Positions 30,922 through 39,727 of a DNA stretch of 64,000 nucleotides are shown piece by piece. The DNA is from an uncultured Pelagibacteraceae bacterium (GTDB lineage: Bacteria > Pseudomonadota > Alphaproteobacteria > Pelagibacterales > Pelagibacteraceae), in the NCBI GenBank assembly GCA_902626185.1, contig CACOEA010000001.1:30672-94671 (forward strand), written 5' to 3'. The number at the start of each line of letters is the position of its first letter. Within the stretch, counting starts at the first letter, position 1. Position numbers and translations under genes: made by a program. The notes under the pieces are model-generated. The model searched no databases. It was not told where the DNA came from and saw nothing but the letters and a program-made list of their open reading frames with translations.

Positions 30922-31489
30922 TAATATAATTAATAATTTGTTTAATGGGGAGGCCCATAATTGAATTTTGATCTCCTTTTATATACTCAAACAGTGAAAG
31001 TCCGTCTGCTTCTACTTGATAAACTCCATATGCTAATAAGGTCTTTGTCTCAATTTTATTTAGGTAATCTAAAAGTTCATTTTCTCTAAAATTTTTCATT
31101 TTTAGCTCTGACTGATCGGTGTAATTCCAAATCATGGACCCGTTTTTAGAAAAACAAACTGAGCTGATAAGATAGTGTTTAGAGCCATTGAGAATTTTTA
31201 AAATTTTTAAAGCTTCCTCTCTTGATCTAGGCTTACTAATTAAATTGTTGTTATGAGAAATAACACTATCAGCACCTAAAACTAAAATATCCGGATGATT
31301 CCTGCTTACTTTAATTGATTTAAGTTCAGCTAAATTTTTTGATATAATTGAAGGAGAAGCTTTTTCTGCTAATAATGATTTTTTTACTTCATCTTCATCA
31401 ACGTTTGAAACTATAACGTCACTGTTAATTTTATATTTATCTAAAATTTTTTTTCTCACACCACTTTTAGAAGCTAAAATAATTTTCAT
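30905..31489 (-). CDS. maf: Maf-family nucleotide pyrophosphatase
   Basis: ILASKS..R, GAD, KP and IMGLP. Confidence 0.92.
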   Translation of the reverse strand: MKIILASKSGVRKKILDKYKINSDVIVSNVDEDEVKKSLLAEKASPSIISKNLAELKSIKVSRNHPDILVLGADSVISHNNNLISKPRSREEALKILKILNGSKHYLISSVCFSKNGSMIWNYTDQSELKMKNFRENELLDYLNKIETKTLLAYGVYQVEADGLSLFEYIKGDQNSIMGLPIKQIINYINEHKK

Positions 31490-32307
31490 TTATTTTTTTG
31501 AATTTCTAGAATTTTTAATATTGAGGCTGCAGTTTCTTCAACAGACTTCCTCGTAACATCGATAATTGGCCAATTATGTTTCTTAAAAAGTTTTTTAGAT
31601 TGTTCTACTTCCTCTTTTATAAATTTTAGATCTGTGTACTCTTTTAAATTTTTTTCTTTCATAATTGCAACTCTGTTTCTTCTAATATCGGCTAATCTTT
31701 CTGGATCTGCGATTAGTCCAATGACGCAAGTTTTGTTTGTTTTTGACTGTAAGCTTTCTGGGATTTTTTGATCTAAGACTAAAGGTATATTTATTGTTTT
31801 TAGACCTCTATTAGCTAAATAGATGGAAGTTGGAGTTTTGCTTGTTCTGCTTACACCAAGTAAAACAATATCTGCATTAGAAACATCGTCTAATTTCTTT
31901 CCATCATCATGGGACATTGTAAATTGAATGGCCTCAATTCTTTTATAATATTCATCATCCAGAACATGTTGAGCGCTTGGTTTGTGTATAGCTTTTTGAT
32001 TGAGTAGTTTGGAAAAAGTTAATATTAAATTTCCAAGTATTCCAAAGCACGGAACATTATTTTTTTGACTAGTATTAGATATATATTTTGCAAGCTTTGT
32101 TTCCACAATTGTATATAAAATTATAGGGTTTTGAGTATCAGAGCAATTTTTAATAATTTTATCTATTTGTTGCTCTGTTCTTACGAAAGCATACTCTTTT
32201 TTTTCGTATTCAAAATTAGCAAATTGAGACTTTAAAGATAAGAAAATTCTGTCCAAAGTCTCCCCTGTTGAATCAGACACAAGATATACATTGTATTTTT
32301 CGTTCAT
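31486..32307 (-). CDS. Pyruvate,water dikinase regulatory protein (DUF299 kinase/pyrophosphorylase)
   Basis: SDSTGET, HDDG, GVSRTSKTP and SVEETA. Confidence 0.93.
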   Translation of the reverse strand: MNEKYNVYLVSDSTGETLDRIFLSLKSQFANFEYEKKEYAFVRTEQQIDKIIKNCSDTQNPIILYTIVETKLAKYISNTSQKNNVPCFGILGNLILTFSKLLNQKAIHKPSAQHVLDDEYYKRIEAIQFTMSHDDGKKLDDVSNADIVLLGVSRTSKTPTSIYLANRGLKTINIPLVLDQKIPESLQSKTNKTCVIGLIADPERLADIRRNRVAIMKEKNLKEYTDLKFIKEEVEQSKKLFKKHNWPIIDVTRKSVEETAASILKILEIQKNK

Positions 32308-32575
32308 ATTATTGTTAATAATTTCTTAACAAGTTAGGTTTTTACATTATTTAAATTTTAATTTAAAAAAAGCTAACAACAATTAACATTATTCTAACAT
32401 TTTATTAGATGTTCATATTATAGTTCTATAGTTGTTAATAATTAAGGCAAATATTCAAATATGTCTTTAAAATTGAAGAAATTATCAAAATCAAACTGAG
32501 TAAAATATGTATAATTAGTTATATTAATAATTAACAGGATCTATTACTAATCCTTTTAATATAAAACACAATTAT
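32308..32575. other. Probable chromosomal replication origin (oriC)
   Basis: Largest non-coding gap in the window and extremely AT-rich. Lies between divergent DUF299 and hemE, the Caulobacter Cori position. Contains repeated TTATTAACA-like 9-mers and a box/GGATC/trio module at 32522-32550. Confidence 0.8.
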
Positions 32576-33586
32576 ATGAGTAATCTTACTAAAATATTAC
32601 TAGATAAAAATAAATCTTGTATCTCGATATGGTTCATGAGACAAGCAGGAAGATATTTACCTGAGTTTAAGAAAATAAGGGAAAAAAATATTAATTTCAT
32701 TAATCTTTGTTTGAATAGCAAATTAAGTTCGGAGATCACCCTACAACCAATAAAAAGATTTGATTTAGACTCTGCTATAATATTTTCAGATATTTTAATA
32801 ATACCTCACGCAATAGGACAAAAAGTTGAATTTAAAAAAAATTTTGGCCCTATTTTAGAAAAATTTGATTTGGAGAAATTTCAAAAAAGTGATTATAATG
32901 ATTGTATAGAAAACCTGCAGCCTATTTACGAAGCAATAAGTTTAACAAGAGAAAAATTACATAAAAATAAATCTTTAATTGGATTTGCTGGAGCACCGTG
33001 GACACTGCTTGTTTACATGCTTAATCTAAAAGACAACAAAGACGTTATAGAATTTACAAAATTAAATATTAGTAAAGAAAATTTACAATTCGTATTTAAA
33101 AAATTAATCAAACTTATTTGTCTTCATATAGAGAACCAATTTAAAGCAGGCGCAGATGTCATACAAATTTTTGATAGTTGGGCAGGTAAAATACCATCAG
33201 ATAAACTCAACTCTTTTTGTTTCGAACCTCATAAGGAGATTTCCGATTTTTGTAAATTAAAAAAAATACCTTTGATTTGCTTTCCCAAAGGCATCGGTAA
33301 AAAATATTTTGAATTTAATGAATTAGTTAAACCAAATGGCCTAAGTATAGATTATGATATTGATCCAACATGGGCAGCAAAAAATCTCAAAAATGTTACA
33401 ATACAAGGCGGTATGGACCCAAAATATCTGCTTGGATCGGAACAAAAATTAATCTCTGAAACAAAAAAGTATCTAGACGCTTTCAAAGATGTTCCTTATA
33501 TTTTTAATTTAGGTCATGGATTAAAACCAGAGACAGATCCTGAGAAGCTTAAGAAATTGATAAATTTTGTTAGAGATTACAAATGA
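32576..33586 (+). CDS. hemE: Uroporphyrinogen decarboxylase
   Basis: WFMRQAGRY, FSDIL, GFAGAPWT and FNLGHG. Confidence 0.97.
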   Translation: MSNLTKILLDKNKSCISIWFMRQAGRYLPEFKKIREKNINFINLCLNSKLSSEITLQPIKRFDLDSAIIFSDILIIPHAIGQKVEFKKNFGPILEKFDLEKFQKSDYNDCIENLQPIYEAISLTREKLHKNKSLIGFAGAPWTLLVYMLNLKDNKDVIEFTKLNISKENLQFVFKKLIKLICLHIENQFKAGADVIQIFDSWAGKIPSDKLNSFCFEPHKEISDFCKLKKIPLICFPKGIGKKYFEFNELVKPNGLSIDYDIDPTWAAKNLKNVTIQGGMDPKYLLGSEQKLISETKKYLDAFKDVPYIFNLGHGLKPETDPEKLKKLINFVRDYK

Positions 33587-34584
33587 AAACAGAAAAACAC
33601 CCTGAAGTAAAATATGGAAAAACTGGAGTACTTATAATTAATTTAGGGACACCTGACTCAACAAGTTGGTGGGATATAAGAAAATATCTTAAAGAATTTT
33701 TATCAGATAGGAGAGTAATAGAAGTAAATCCATTAATATGGCAAGTAATATTGAATTTGTTTATTCTTACTTTTAGGCCTAGCAAAACAGCTCACGCATA
33801 TAAAAAAATTTGGTTTAAAGAAACAAACGAATCTCCTTTGCTTTTTTATACTCGTTCTCAGGCGAATAAGTTAAAAGAAAAAATACACAACGACAAGATC
33901 AAAGTTGATTTTGCAATGAGATACGGAAATCCAAGTATAAAAACCAGGCTGAGTTTTCTCCAAAAAGAAGGATGTGAAAATTTAATTATTTTACCACTCT
34001 ATCCACAATATGCAGCAGCTACGACCGCTACTGTTTGTGATGAAGTTTATAGATCATTAATGAAAATGAGATGGCAACCAAGTTTACAAATTATACCTCA
34101 TTATGAAAGCGAGCCTCTTTATATTGAAGCATTAGTAAAAAGTATTAACAAAAAACTAAAATCTATAACATGGAAACCAGATTTAATCATAACTTCTTAT
34201 CATGGTATACCTCAATCTTATTTCGATAAAGGTGATCCGTATCAGTGTTACTGTCAAAAAACATCTAGATTAATTAGGGAAAGTTTCTCAGAAATTGAAA
34301 TTAAAACAACATTCCAATCACGTTTTGGTCCTCAAGCATGGCTTCAGCCCTACACAGACAAAACTTTAGAAAATTTACCAAGCCAAGGAGTTAAAAATGT
34401 TTTGGTTATGTGTCCGGGGTTTGCCTCAGATTGTGTAGAAACTTTAGAAGAGATAAGTATACAAGGAAAAGAGAGCTTTCTTGAAAATGGAGGAAAAAAT
34501 TTTGATTTAATTCCTTGTTTGAATGATAATTCGGACCATATCAAACTTTTTGAAACATTAATTACTAGATATATAATAAAATAA
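33583..34584 (+). CDS. hemH: Ferrochelatase
   Basis: NLGTP, LYPQY, SYHG, FQSR and DCVETLEE. Confidence 0.97.
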   Translation: MKTEKHPEVKYGKTGVLIINLGTPDSTSWWDIRKYLKEFLSDRRVIEVNPLIWQVILNLFILTFRPSKTAHAYKKIWFKETNESPLLFYTRSQANKLKEKIHNDKIKVDFAMRYGNPSIKTRLSFLQKEGCENLIILPLYPQYAAATTATVCDEVYRSLMKMRWQPSLQIIPHYESEPLYIEALVKSINKKLKSITWKPDLIITSYHGIPQSYFDKGDPYQCYCQKTSRLIRESFSEIEIKTTFQSRFGPQAWLQPYTDKTLENLPSQGVKNVLVMCPGFASDCVETLEEISIQGKESFLENGGKNFDLIPCLNDNSDHIKLFETLITRYIIK

Positions 34585-34588
34585 TTAT

Positions 34589-35020
34589 ATGAATTATTAT
34601 TTATTATTTAAATCGTTACATGTTATTGCTGTTATTTCTTGGATGGCTGGTCTTTTATATTTGCCAAGAATATTTGTCTATCATGCCGAGGCACATCATG
34701 AGTCACAAAAGGAAGTTTTTAAGATTATGGAAAAAAAACTTTACAATTATATTATGATGCCTGCGATGCTTCTATCCTGGCTTTTTGGAATTTTGCTTAT
34801 ACATTCATTAGGTTTTTCAGTTTTTTCTGAATTATGGATGCAAGTCAAAATCGTAGCAGTTTTGCTGTTAACTCACTATCATTTTTATTTAGGTAAACAT
34901 CTTCGATTATTTGCCGGTAGTGAAAATCAAAAATCTTCAAAGTTCTTTAGAATTATAAATGAAATTCCCACAATACTATTAATAGTCATTGTATTTGTTG
35001 TTGTTTTTAAACCTTTATAA
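34589..35020 (+). CDS. hemJ: Protoporphyrinogen oxidase HemJ
   Basis: LHVIAVISWMAGLLYLPRIFVYH, NEIP and C-terminal KP. Confidence 0.95.
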   Translation: MNYYLLFKSLHVIAVISWMAGLLYLPRIFVYHAEAHHESQKEVFKIMEKKLYNYIMMPAMLLSWLFGILLIHSLGFSVFSELWMQVKIVAVLLLTHYHFYLGKHLRLFAGSENQKSSKFFRIINEIPTILLIVIVFVVVFKPL

Positions 35021-35026
35021 AAAGGG

Positions 35027-35054
35027 TTGAAATAATTTAAAAAACGCCTATATT
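35027..35054 (+). promoter_or_regulatory. Putative rho promoter
   Basis: TTGAAA followed by CCTATATT at promoter-like spacing. Confidence 0.45.
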
Positions 35055-35085
35055 TATAAGACTTACCTACTAATCATAAAACTTC

Positions 35086-36360
35086 ATGAACTTACAAGAA
35101 TTAAAGCAAAAAAATCCTGCAGAGCTTATTAATGAGGCTGAAAAACTTGGAATTGAAAATCCAAGTACACTTAGAAAACAGGAAATCTTATTTGCGATAT
35201 TAAAAAAACTTGCTGAAAAAAATGAGCAAATAACCGCAACCGGAGTATTAGAAGTACTTCAAGACGGCTTTGGGTTTTTGCGCGCTATAGAGTCTAACTA
35301 TCTCCCCGGTCCGGATGATATATATGTCAGCCCAAGTCAGATAAGAAGATTCGGTTTAAGAACGGGAGACTCAGTAGAAGGAGAAATCAGAGGTCCCAAG
35401 GATGCCGAGCGATACTTTGCTTTGTTAAAAGTAAATAAGATTAATTTTGATAATCCTGAAAAAGGAAAAAATAAAATTGCTTTTGACAATTTAACGCCAC
35501 TCTATCCTAATGAAAGAATAAAATTAGAGGTAGAAAGTGTAAAAGCAGAAAAAAAACCAGACAACACAGCAAGATTAATAGATTTAGTAAGTCCAATAGG
35601 CAAAGGTCAAAGGTCGTTAATTGTTTCACCTCCTAGAGCGGGTAAAACAATAATACTTCAAAATATTGCTCAATCAATTACAGCTAATCATCCAGAATGT
35701 TATTTGATGGTTTTACTTATAGATGAAAGACCAGAAGAAGTTACAGATATGCAAAGATCAGTTAAAGGAGAAGTAGTAGCATCAACTTTTGATGAACCCG
35801 CTTCAAGGCACGTTGCAGTCGCTGAGATGGTAATAGAAAAGGCAAAAAGATTAGTTGAACATAAAAAAGATGTAGTAATATTATTAGATTCGATAACAAG
35901 GCTTGGAAGAGCTTACAACGCTGTAATACCAAGCTCAGGAAAAGTTTTGACAGGAGGTGTTGATGCAAACGCACTCCAGAGGCCAAAAAGATTTTTTGGA
36001 GCAGCTAGAAATGTAGAAGAGGGAGGATCATTAACAATTATTTCTACAGCTTTGATAGATACAGGTAGTAGAATGGACGAGGTAATTTTTGAAGAATTTA
36101 AAGGAACAGGAAACTCAGAACTAATATTAGACAGAAAAGTTGCAGATAAGAGAATTTATCCTGCACTTGATATTACAAGGTCTGGAACTAGAAGAGAAGA
36201 ATTGCTTTTTGAAAAAGATGACCTGTCTAAAATGAATGTTCTAAGACGAATTATAAGTCCTATGGGAACAATGGACGGCATAGAATTTTTAATTTCAAAA
36301 TTAAAGAATACAAAAAATAATTCAGATTTCTTCGACTCAATGAACAAATCGGCAAATTAA
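35086..36360 (+). CDS. rho: Transcription termination factor Rho
   Basis: GFGFLR, PPRAGKT, DERPEE, DSITRL and FKGTGN. Confidence 0.98.
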   Translation: MNLQELKQKNPAELINEAEKLGIENPSTLRKQEILFAILKKLAEKNEQITATGVLEVLQDGFGFLRAIESNYLPGPDDIYVSPSQIRRFGLRTGDSVEGEIRGPKDAERYFALLKVNKINFDNPEKGKNKIAFDNLTPLYPNERIKLEVESVKAEKKPDNTARLIDLVSPIGKGQRSLIVSPPRAGKTIILQNIAQSITANHPECYLMVLLIDERPEEVTDMQRSVKGEVVASTFDEPASRHVAVAEMVIEKAKRLVEHKKDVVILLDSITRLGRAYNAVIPSSGKVLTGGVDANALQRPKRFFGAARNVEEGGSLTIISTALIDTGSRMDEVIFEEFKGTGNSELILDRKVADKRIYPALDITRSGTRREELLFEKDDLSKMNVLRRIISPMGTMDGIEFLISKLKNTKNNSDFFDSMNKSAN

Positions 36361-36364
36361 TAAT

Positions 36365-36985
36365 TTATTGTATCGTCTGATTGTTAAACTCGTTTCCATG
36401 TAAATAAAAGCCCAATATCTTTTCGAGAACCAATATTTTCTCATTAAGTGAAACAGATTCTAAAAGCTTTTGCTTTTCCTCATTTGTAATTGGCGCAATC
36501 ATTGCTAAAGTATTAATCTTTTGGGACTCATCTAGTTTACCAAATTCTTTCCAATTTAATAAGAGTCCATTTTTTTCGAAGAACATTTTTGTTTTATCTA
36601 TTAATGGTTCGATATTTACTTTTTCATTTAGTGGCTTAAGGTCTAAAGAAAATTTATCGTAATTAACTTTGAATTCTCGATATAATTTTGTGTTTTGAGA
36701 CTCTTCTAAAATCTCAAATCTTGTTATTCCCGTTAAGTTTATTAGAATTCTTCCATCTTCACTTTTTTGAAAATCACTTATTTTTCCCAAACACCCAACT
36801 TTATAAACTTCTTTATCTTTTATTTTAGATTGTATCATCCCCATTAATTTATCTTTCCTTACAGCGTCATTAACTAAATCTAAATATCTTTGCTCGAAAA
36901 TATTTAAGGGAAGATTTGTCTTTGGGAAATATATGACACCTGGCAATGGAAACACTGGAATTAGCTTAGGAAATTTTGAATTCAT
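36365..36985 (-). CDS. Lon peptidase N-terminal (substrate-binding) domain protein
   Basis: PVFPL, LPLNIFEQRY, VGCLG and EKQKLLE. Confidence 0.88.
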   Translation of the reverse strand: MNSKFPKLIPVFPLPGVIYFPKTNLPLNIFEQRYLDLVNDAVRKDKLMGMIQSKIKDKEVYKVGCLGKISDFQKSEDGRILINLTGITRFEILEESQNTKLYREFKVNYDKFSLDLKPLNEKVNIEPLIDKTKMFFEKNGLLLNWKEFGKLDESQKINTLAMIAPITNEEKQKLLESVSLNEKILVLEKILGFYLHGNEFNNQTIQ

Positions 36986-37010
36986 AAATTAATACTACCA
37001 AAAATGTTCG

Positions 37011-37832
37011 TCATTCTGTATAAATAAAATCTTCGAATTTTCCTCTATTTTTACAAATATAATCAGGAAATGTTTCGTCAATATTTACTACTTCAAACTT
37101 ATGATTTCTATCAAATAAATCTTCTTTCTGATTTATTTTTCTTTTAATAGTATTTAAATCTTTAAATTTTTCGTTATTCCATTGTTGTTCTGCATAAGAA
37201 TCAAGTTTTTTGTAAATTCCTTCCGCATTCTTTACAGAACTAAAATGCCAACCACCATTACCGATGAATTTATCGAACCTTGGTTTAAAAAATTTATAAA
37301 AAGGCCTGCTTTTGGCCTTTATATCTCTTAACCATTGTGGAGATACTAAATGTTTTTTTCTACACATACGAGTGCCAAACCAATTTGGTTCTGTTTTATT
37401 GTGTAAATTTAATTTAAGTGAGAAATTCTTTTGAACGAAACAAGCATATTTATCATTTTTGTTAAATTCCTTAATCTTAATAGGGTTAGGTATCTCATCT
37501 AAATCAGAAATCATAATTAAATCATTATCTTCATAATCTTGAATACCTCGCGATAAAGAATTTCTCTGATATTGATCTCTAAAATGTGCAGGGTGCCAAT
37601 TTTTTTTAAAACTCCCAACAACTTTTGGCAAATCATCAATTATTAAATATTTAATTTTATGTTTAAATTTTTTGAATTTATTAATATCAAAATTTAATTG
37701 TTTGTTCTTTCCGGAATGATCTAACGTAGCTTCACAAATAACAAATTGATCTACATACTCTGATAGTGTGTTTAATCTAACATCTAATATCAGATCTTCA
37801 TCAAAATACATGAAACAATCTATAATACGCAT
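37011..37832 (-). CDS. Glycosyltransferase family 17-like protein
   Basis: IIDCFMYFDE..L..R, QRN, SDLDEIP (DxD) and GGWHFS. Confidence 0.8.
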   Translation of the reverse strand: MRIIDCFMYFDEDLILDVRLNTLSEYVDQFVICEATLDHSGKNKQLNFDINKFKKFKHKIKYLIIDDLPKVVGSFKKNWHPAHFRDQYQRNSLSRGIQDYEDNDLIMISDLDEIPNPIKIKEFNKNDKYACFVQKNFSLKLNLHNKTEPNWFGTRMCRKKHLVSPQWLRDIKAKSRPFYKFFKPRFDKFIGNGGWHFSSVKNAEGIYKKLDSYAEQQWNNEKFKDLNTIKRKINQKEDLFDRNHKFEVVNIDETFPDYICKNRGKFEDFIYTE

Positions 37833-37845
37833 TATTTAATATTGC

Positions 37846-37874
37846 TTGTTTTAAAAAATTTGTCTAGTTATAAT
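37846..37874 (+). promoter_or_regulatory. Sigma70 promoter of tRNA-Gly
   Basis: TTGTTT-N17-TATAAT, 9 nt before the tRNA. Confidence 0.65.
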
Positions 37875-37883
37875 ATTTAAATT

Positions 37884-37958
37884 GCGGGCATAGCTCAGTG
37901 GTAGAGCGTCTCGTTGCCAACGAGAAGGTCGAGGGTTCAAGTCCCTTTGCCCGCTCCA
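37884..37958 (+). tRNA. tRNA-Gly(GCC)
   Basis: Acceptor stem GCGGGCA/TGCCCGC, anticodon arm TCTCG-TTGCCAA-CGAGA, GGTTCAA T-loop and encoded CCA. Confidence 0.97.
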
Positions 37959-37988
37959 TATTTTTAATCGAGATTTAATGTGGAAAGA

Positions 37989-38789
37989 TTAAATTTTCTT
38001 TTTCGATTTTAGATAAATTTTTCCTATAATTTTTTTAAATTCTAAATTTCCATCCACATCCTCGGTTCCAGGTCTTTTTCTAAAAATAGTAGAATGTAGG
38101 CCCAATTTTCTCTCAGAAGTTGGCCTACCATTAGAATAATAGTAAAGAGCCAAAGACTTTCTTGAATTATTTTCCTCGATGTTCACTTTTTCAGGGTTAC
38201 CATGGTACGAGTAATCTGTTGTACTAAAAATGACCAATCTGTTAAAAATTGGAAGTATTTTCTTCTCACAATTTTTCATTTCTTTATCCCATAACTCAAG
38301 ATGACCACCATTATTGTCTTTCCAATTATGATTTAGGTAAATCAAGATATTCAATCTTCTATCTAATTTCATTTTCGGATGTTGATTGAAGTCTGCATGA
38401 ACGTTTAAATGTCCTCCATTTTTTAACTCATGAAGACCACCACCAATTAGATATGGGTCAGTTATTAAAGTTTCTTCAATACCAGTTAAAATTTTTAAAA
38501 ACTTTACAAACGGTGCTGAGTTTAAATAGTTTATGAAATTATTTGTAGTGATAGAAAGTTTTTCAGCGTCGTTTAGACTTAATTTTTTTTCAGCTTTGTT
38601 ATTATACTCATTTCCTATCTTATCAATATTTTTAGGGAAATCTTCCAAAATTTTATTTAATAATTCCGCTTCGAAAAAATTGTCAAACACAATGCTAGGA
38701 AAAGGTTTAGCAGAAATATAATTGCTGGAATTTTCAGAAGCAATTTTCTCAAGATTTTCAAAATTTTTATGTATAAACATATGCGACAT
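37989..38789 (-). CDS. 2OG-Fe(II) oxygenase
   Basis: PFP, GGGLH, HAD, GGHLELW, YHG and RKS (HxD...H...RxS). Confidence 0.88.
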   Translation of the reverse strand: MSHMFIHKNFENLEKIASENSSNYISAKPFPSIVFDNFFEAELLNKILEDFPKNIDKIGNEYNNKAEKKLSLNDAEKLSITTNNFINYLNSAPFVKFLKILTGIEETLITDPYLIGGGLHELKNGGHLNVHADFNQHPKMKLDRRLNILIYLNHNWKDNNGGHLELWDKEMKNCEKKILPIFNRLVIFSTTDYSYHGNPEKVNIEENNSRKSLALYYYSNGRPTSERKLGLHSTIFRKRPGTEDVDGNLEFKKIIGKIYLKSKKKI

Positions 38790-38891
38790 TAGTTTACATC
38801 AATTCTTTAAAAAAAAGTATCTTTTATTGTTTTTGGTAATAGCGACTATATTTCTTATTTTAAAAAAATTTAAGTATGTTAATTTCAAACT

Positions 38892-39389
38892 ATGAAAAAG
38901 TTAATTATTATAATGATTTTAATACCTAACATTTGTTTGTCCGCTAATATGAAAATGATTGGTGAAAAGGGTAATATCAAAGACGTTACCAAAACTATTA
39001 CGGTAAGAATGTTTGACAACTATTATGAACCAAACGAAATAGTCATTAAAAAAGGTGAAACAGTAAAGTTTATAGTCAAAAATATGGGTGAACTTGTCCA
39101 TGAGTTAAATATTGCAACTAAAGAAATGCACATAAAGCATCAACCTGAAATGACAAAAATGATGGAACATGGAATTCTTTTATCTGATAGAATAGATAAA
39201 ATTAAAATGAAAGAAATGGCAAAAAAAGATCATTCTATGGCACACAAACATGCCAATAGTGTTTTACTTGAACCAAGCAATACTGGAGAAATAATCTGGA
39301 AGTTCAATACATCAGCAAAATTAGAGATCGCATGTAATGTGCCTGGTCACTATGAAGCTGGAATGGTAGCCAGTATAATCAAAGATTAA
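38892..39389 (+). CDS. Periplasmic cupredoxin (copper-binding) protein
   Basis: Signal peptide, VHE, a His/Met-rich segment and ACNVPGHYEAGM type-1 Cu ligands. Confidence 0.88.
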   Translation: MKKLIIIMILIPNICLSANMKMIGEKGNIKDVTKTITVRMFDNYYEPNEIVIKKGETVKFIVKNMGELVHELNIATKEMHIKHQPEMTKMMEHGILLSDRIDKIKMKEMAKKDHSMAHKHANSVLLEPSNTGEIIWKFNTSAKLEIACNVPGHYEAGMVASIIKD

Positions 39390-39391
39390 TC

Positions 39392-39727
39392 GTGGAAGAT
39401 TTAGCTAAAAAAAAATGTATCCCATGTGAAGGCGGCATTCCCCCTTTCGATATGGAAGAGATACACAAATATTTAAAGAGAGTGAACGGATGGAATGTTT
39501 TAAAAGATAAGGACACAAACTTTTTTATAGAAAAGGAGTTTAAATTTAAAGATTATGTTTCCAGTGAAAAATTTGTTTTAGAGATAGGAAAAATTGCTGA
39601 AGGTGAGGGACATCATCCAGACATTAGTTTTGGTTGGGGATATGCTAAAATAAAGATCTCTACTCATGCGATTAAAGGTTTAGCCGAAAGTGATTTCATT
39701 TTAGCAGCGAAAATAGATCAAATCTAA
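39392..39727 (+). CDS. phhB: Pterin-4a-carbinolamine dehydratase
   Basis: CIPCEGG, EGHHPD, THAIKGL and DFILAAKID. Confidence 0.9.
   Translation: MEDLAKKKCIPCEGGIPPFDMEEIHKYLKRVNGWNVLKDKDTNFFIEKEFKFKDYVSSEKFVLEIGKIAEGEGHHPDISFGWGYAKIKISTHAIKGLAESDFILAAKIDQI

Noticed and set aside
32315-32330. TTAA-N7-TTAAC, an exact CtrA-type site in oriC (weaker matches at 32383 and upstream of ftsK at 18359)
   Set aside because: It arises from two adjacent TTATTAACA-type boxes in extremely AT-rich DNA. ctrA is not in the window and, as I recall, is reported missing from Pelagibacter ubique. A genome search for ctrA would be needed.
37940-37990. Possible prophage or integrative element att site at tRNA-Gly
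   Set aside because: I saw no integrase and no repeat of the tRNA 3' end in the window.
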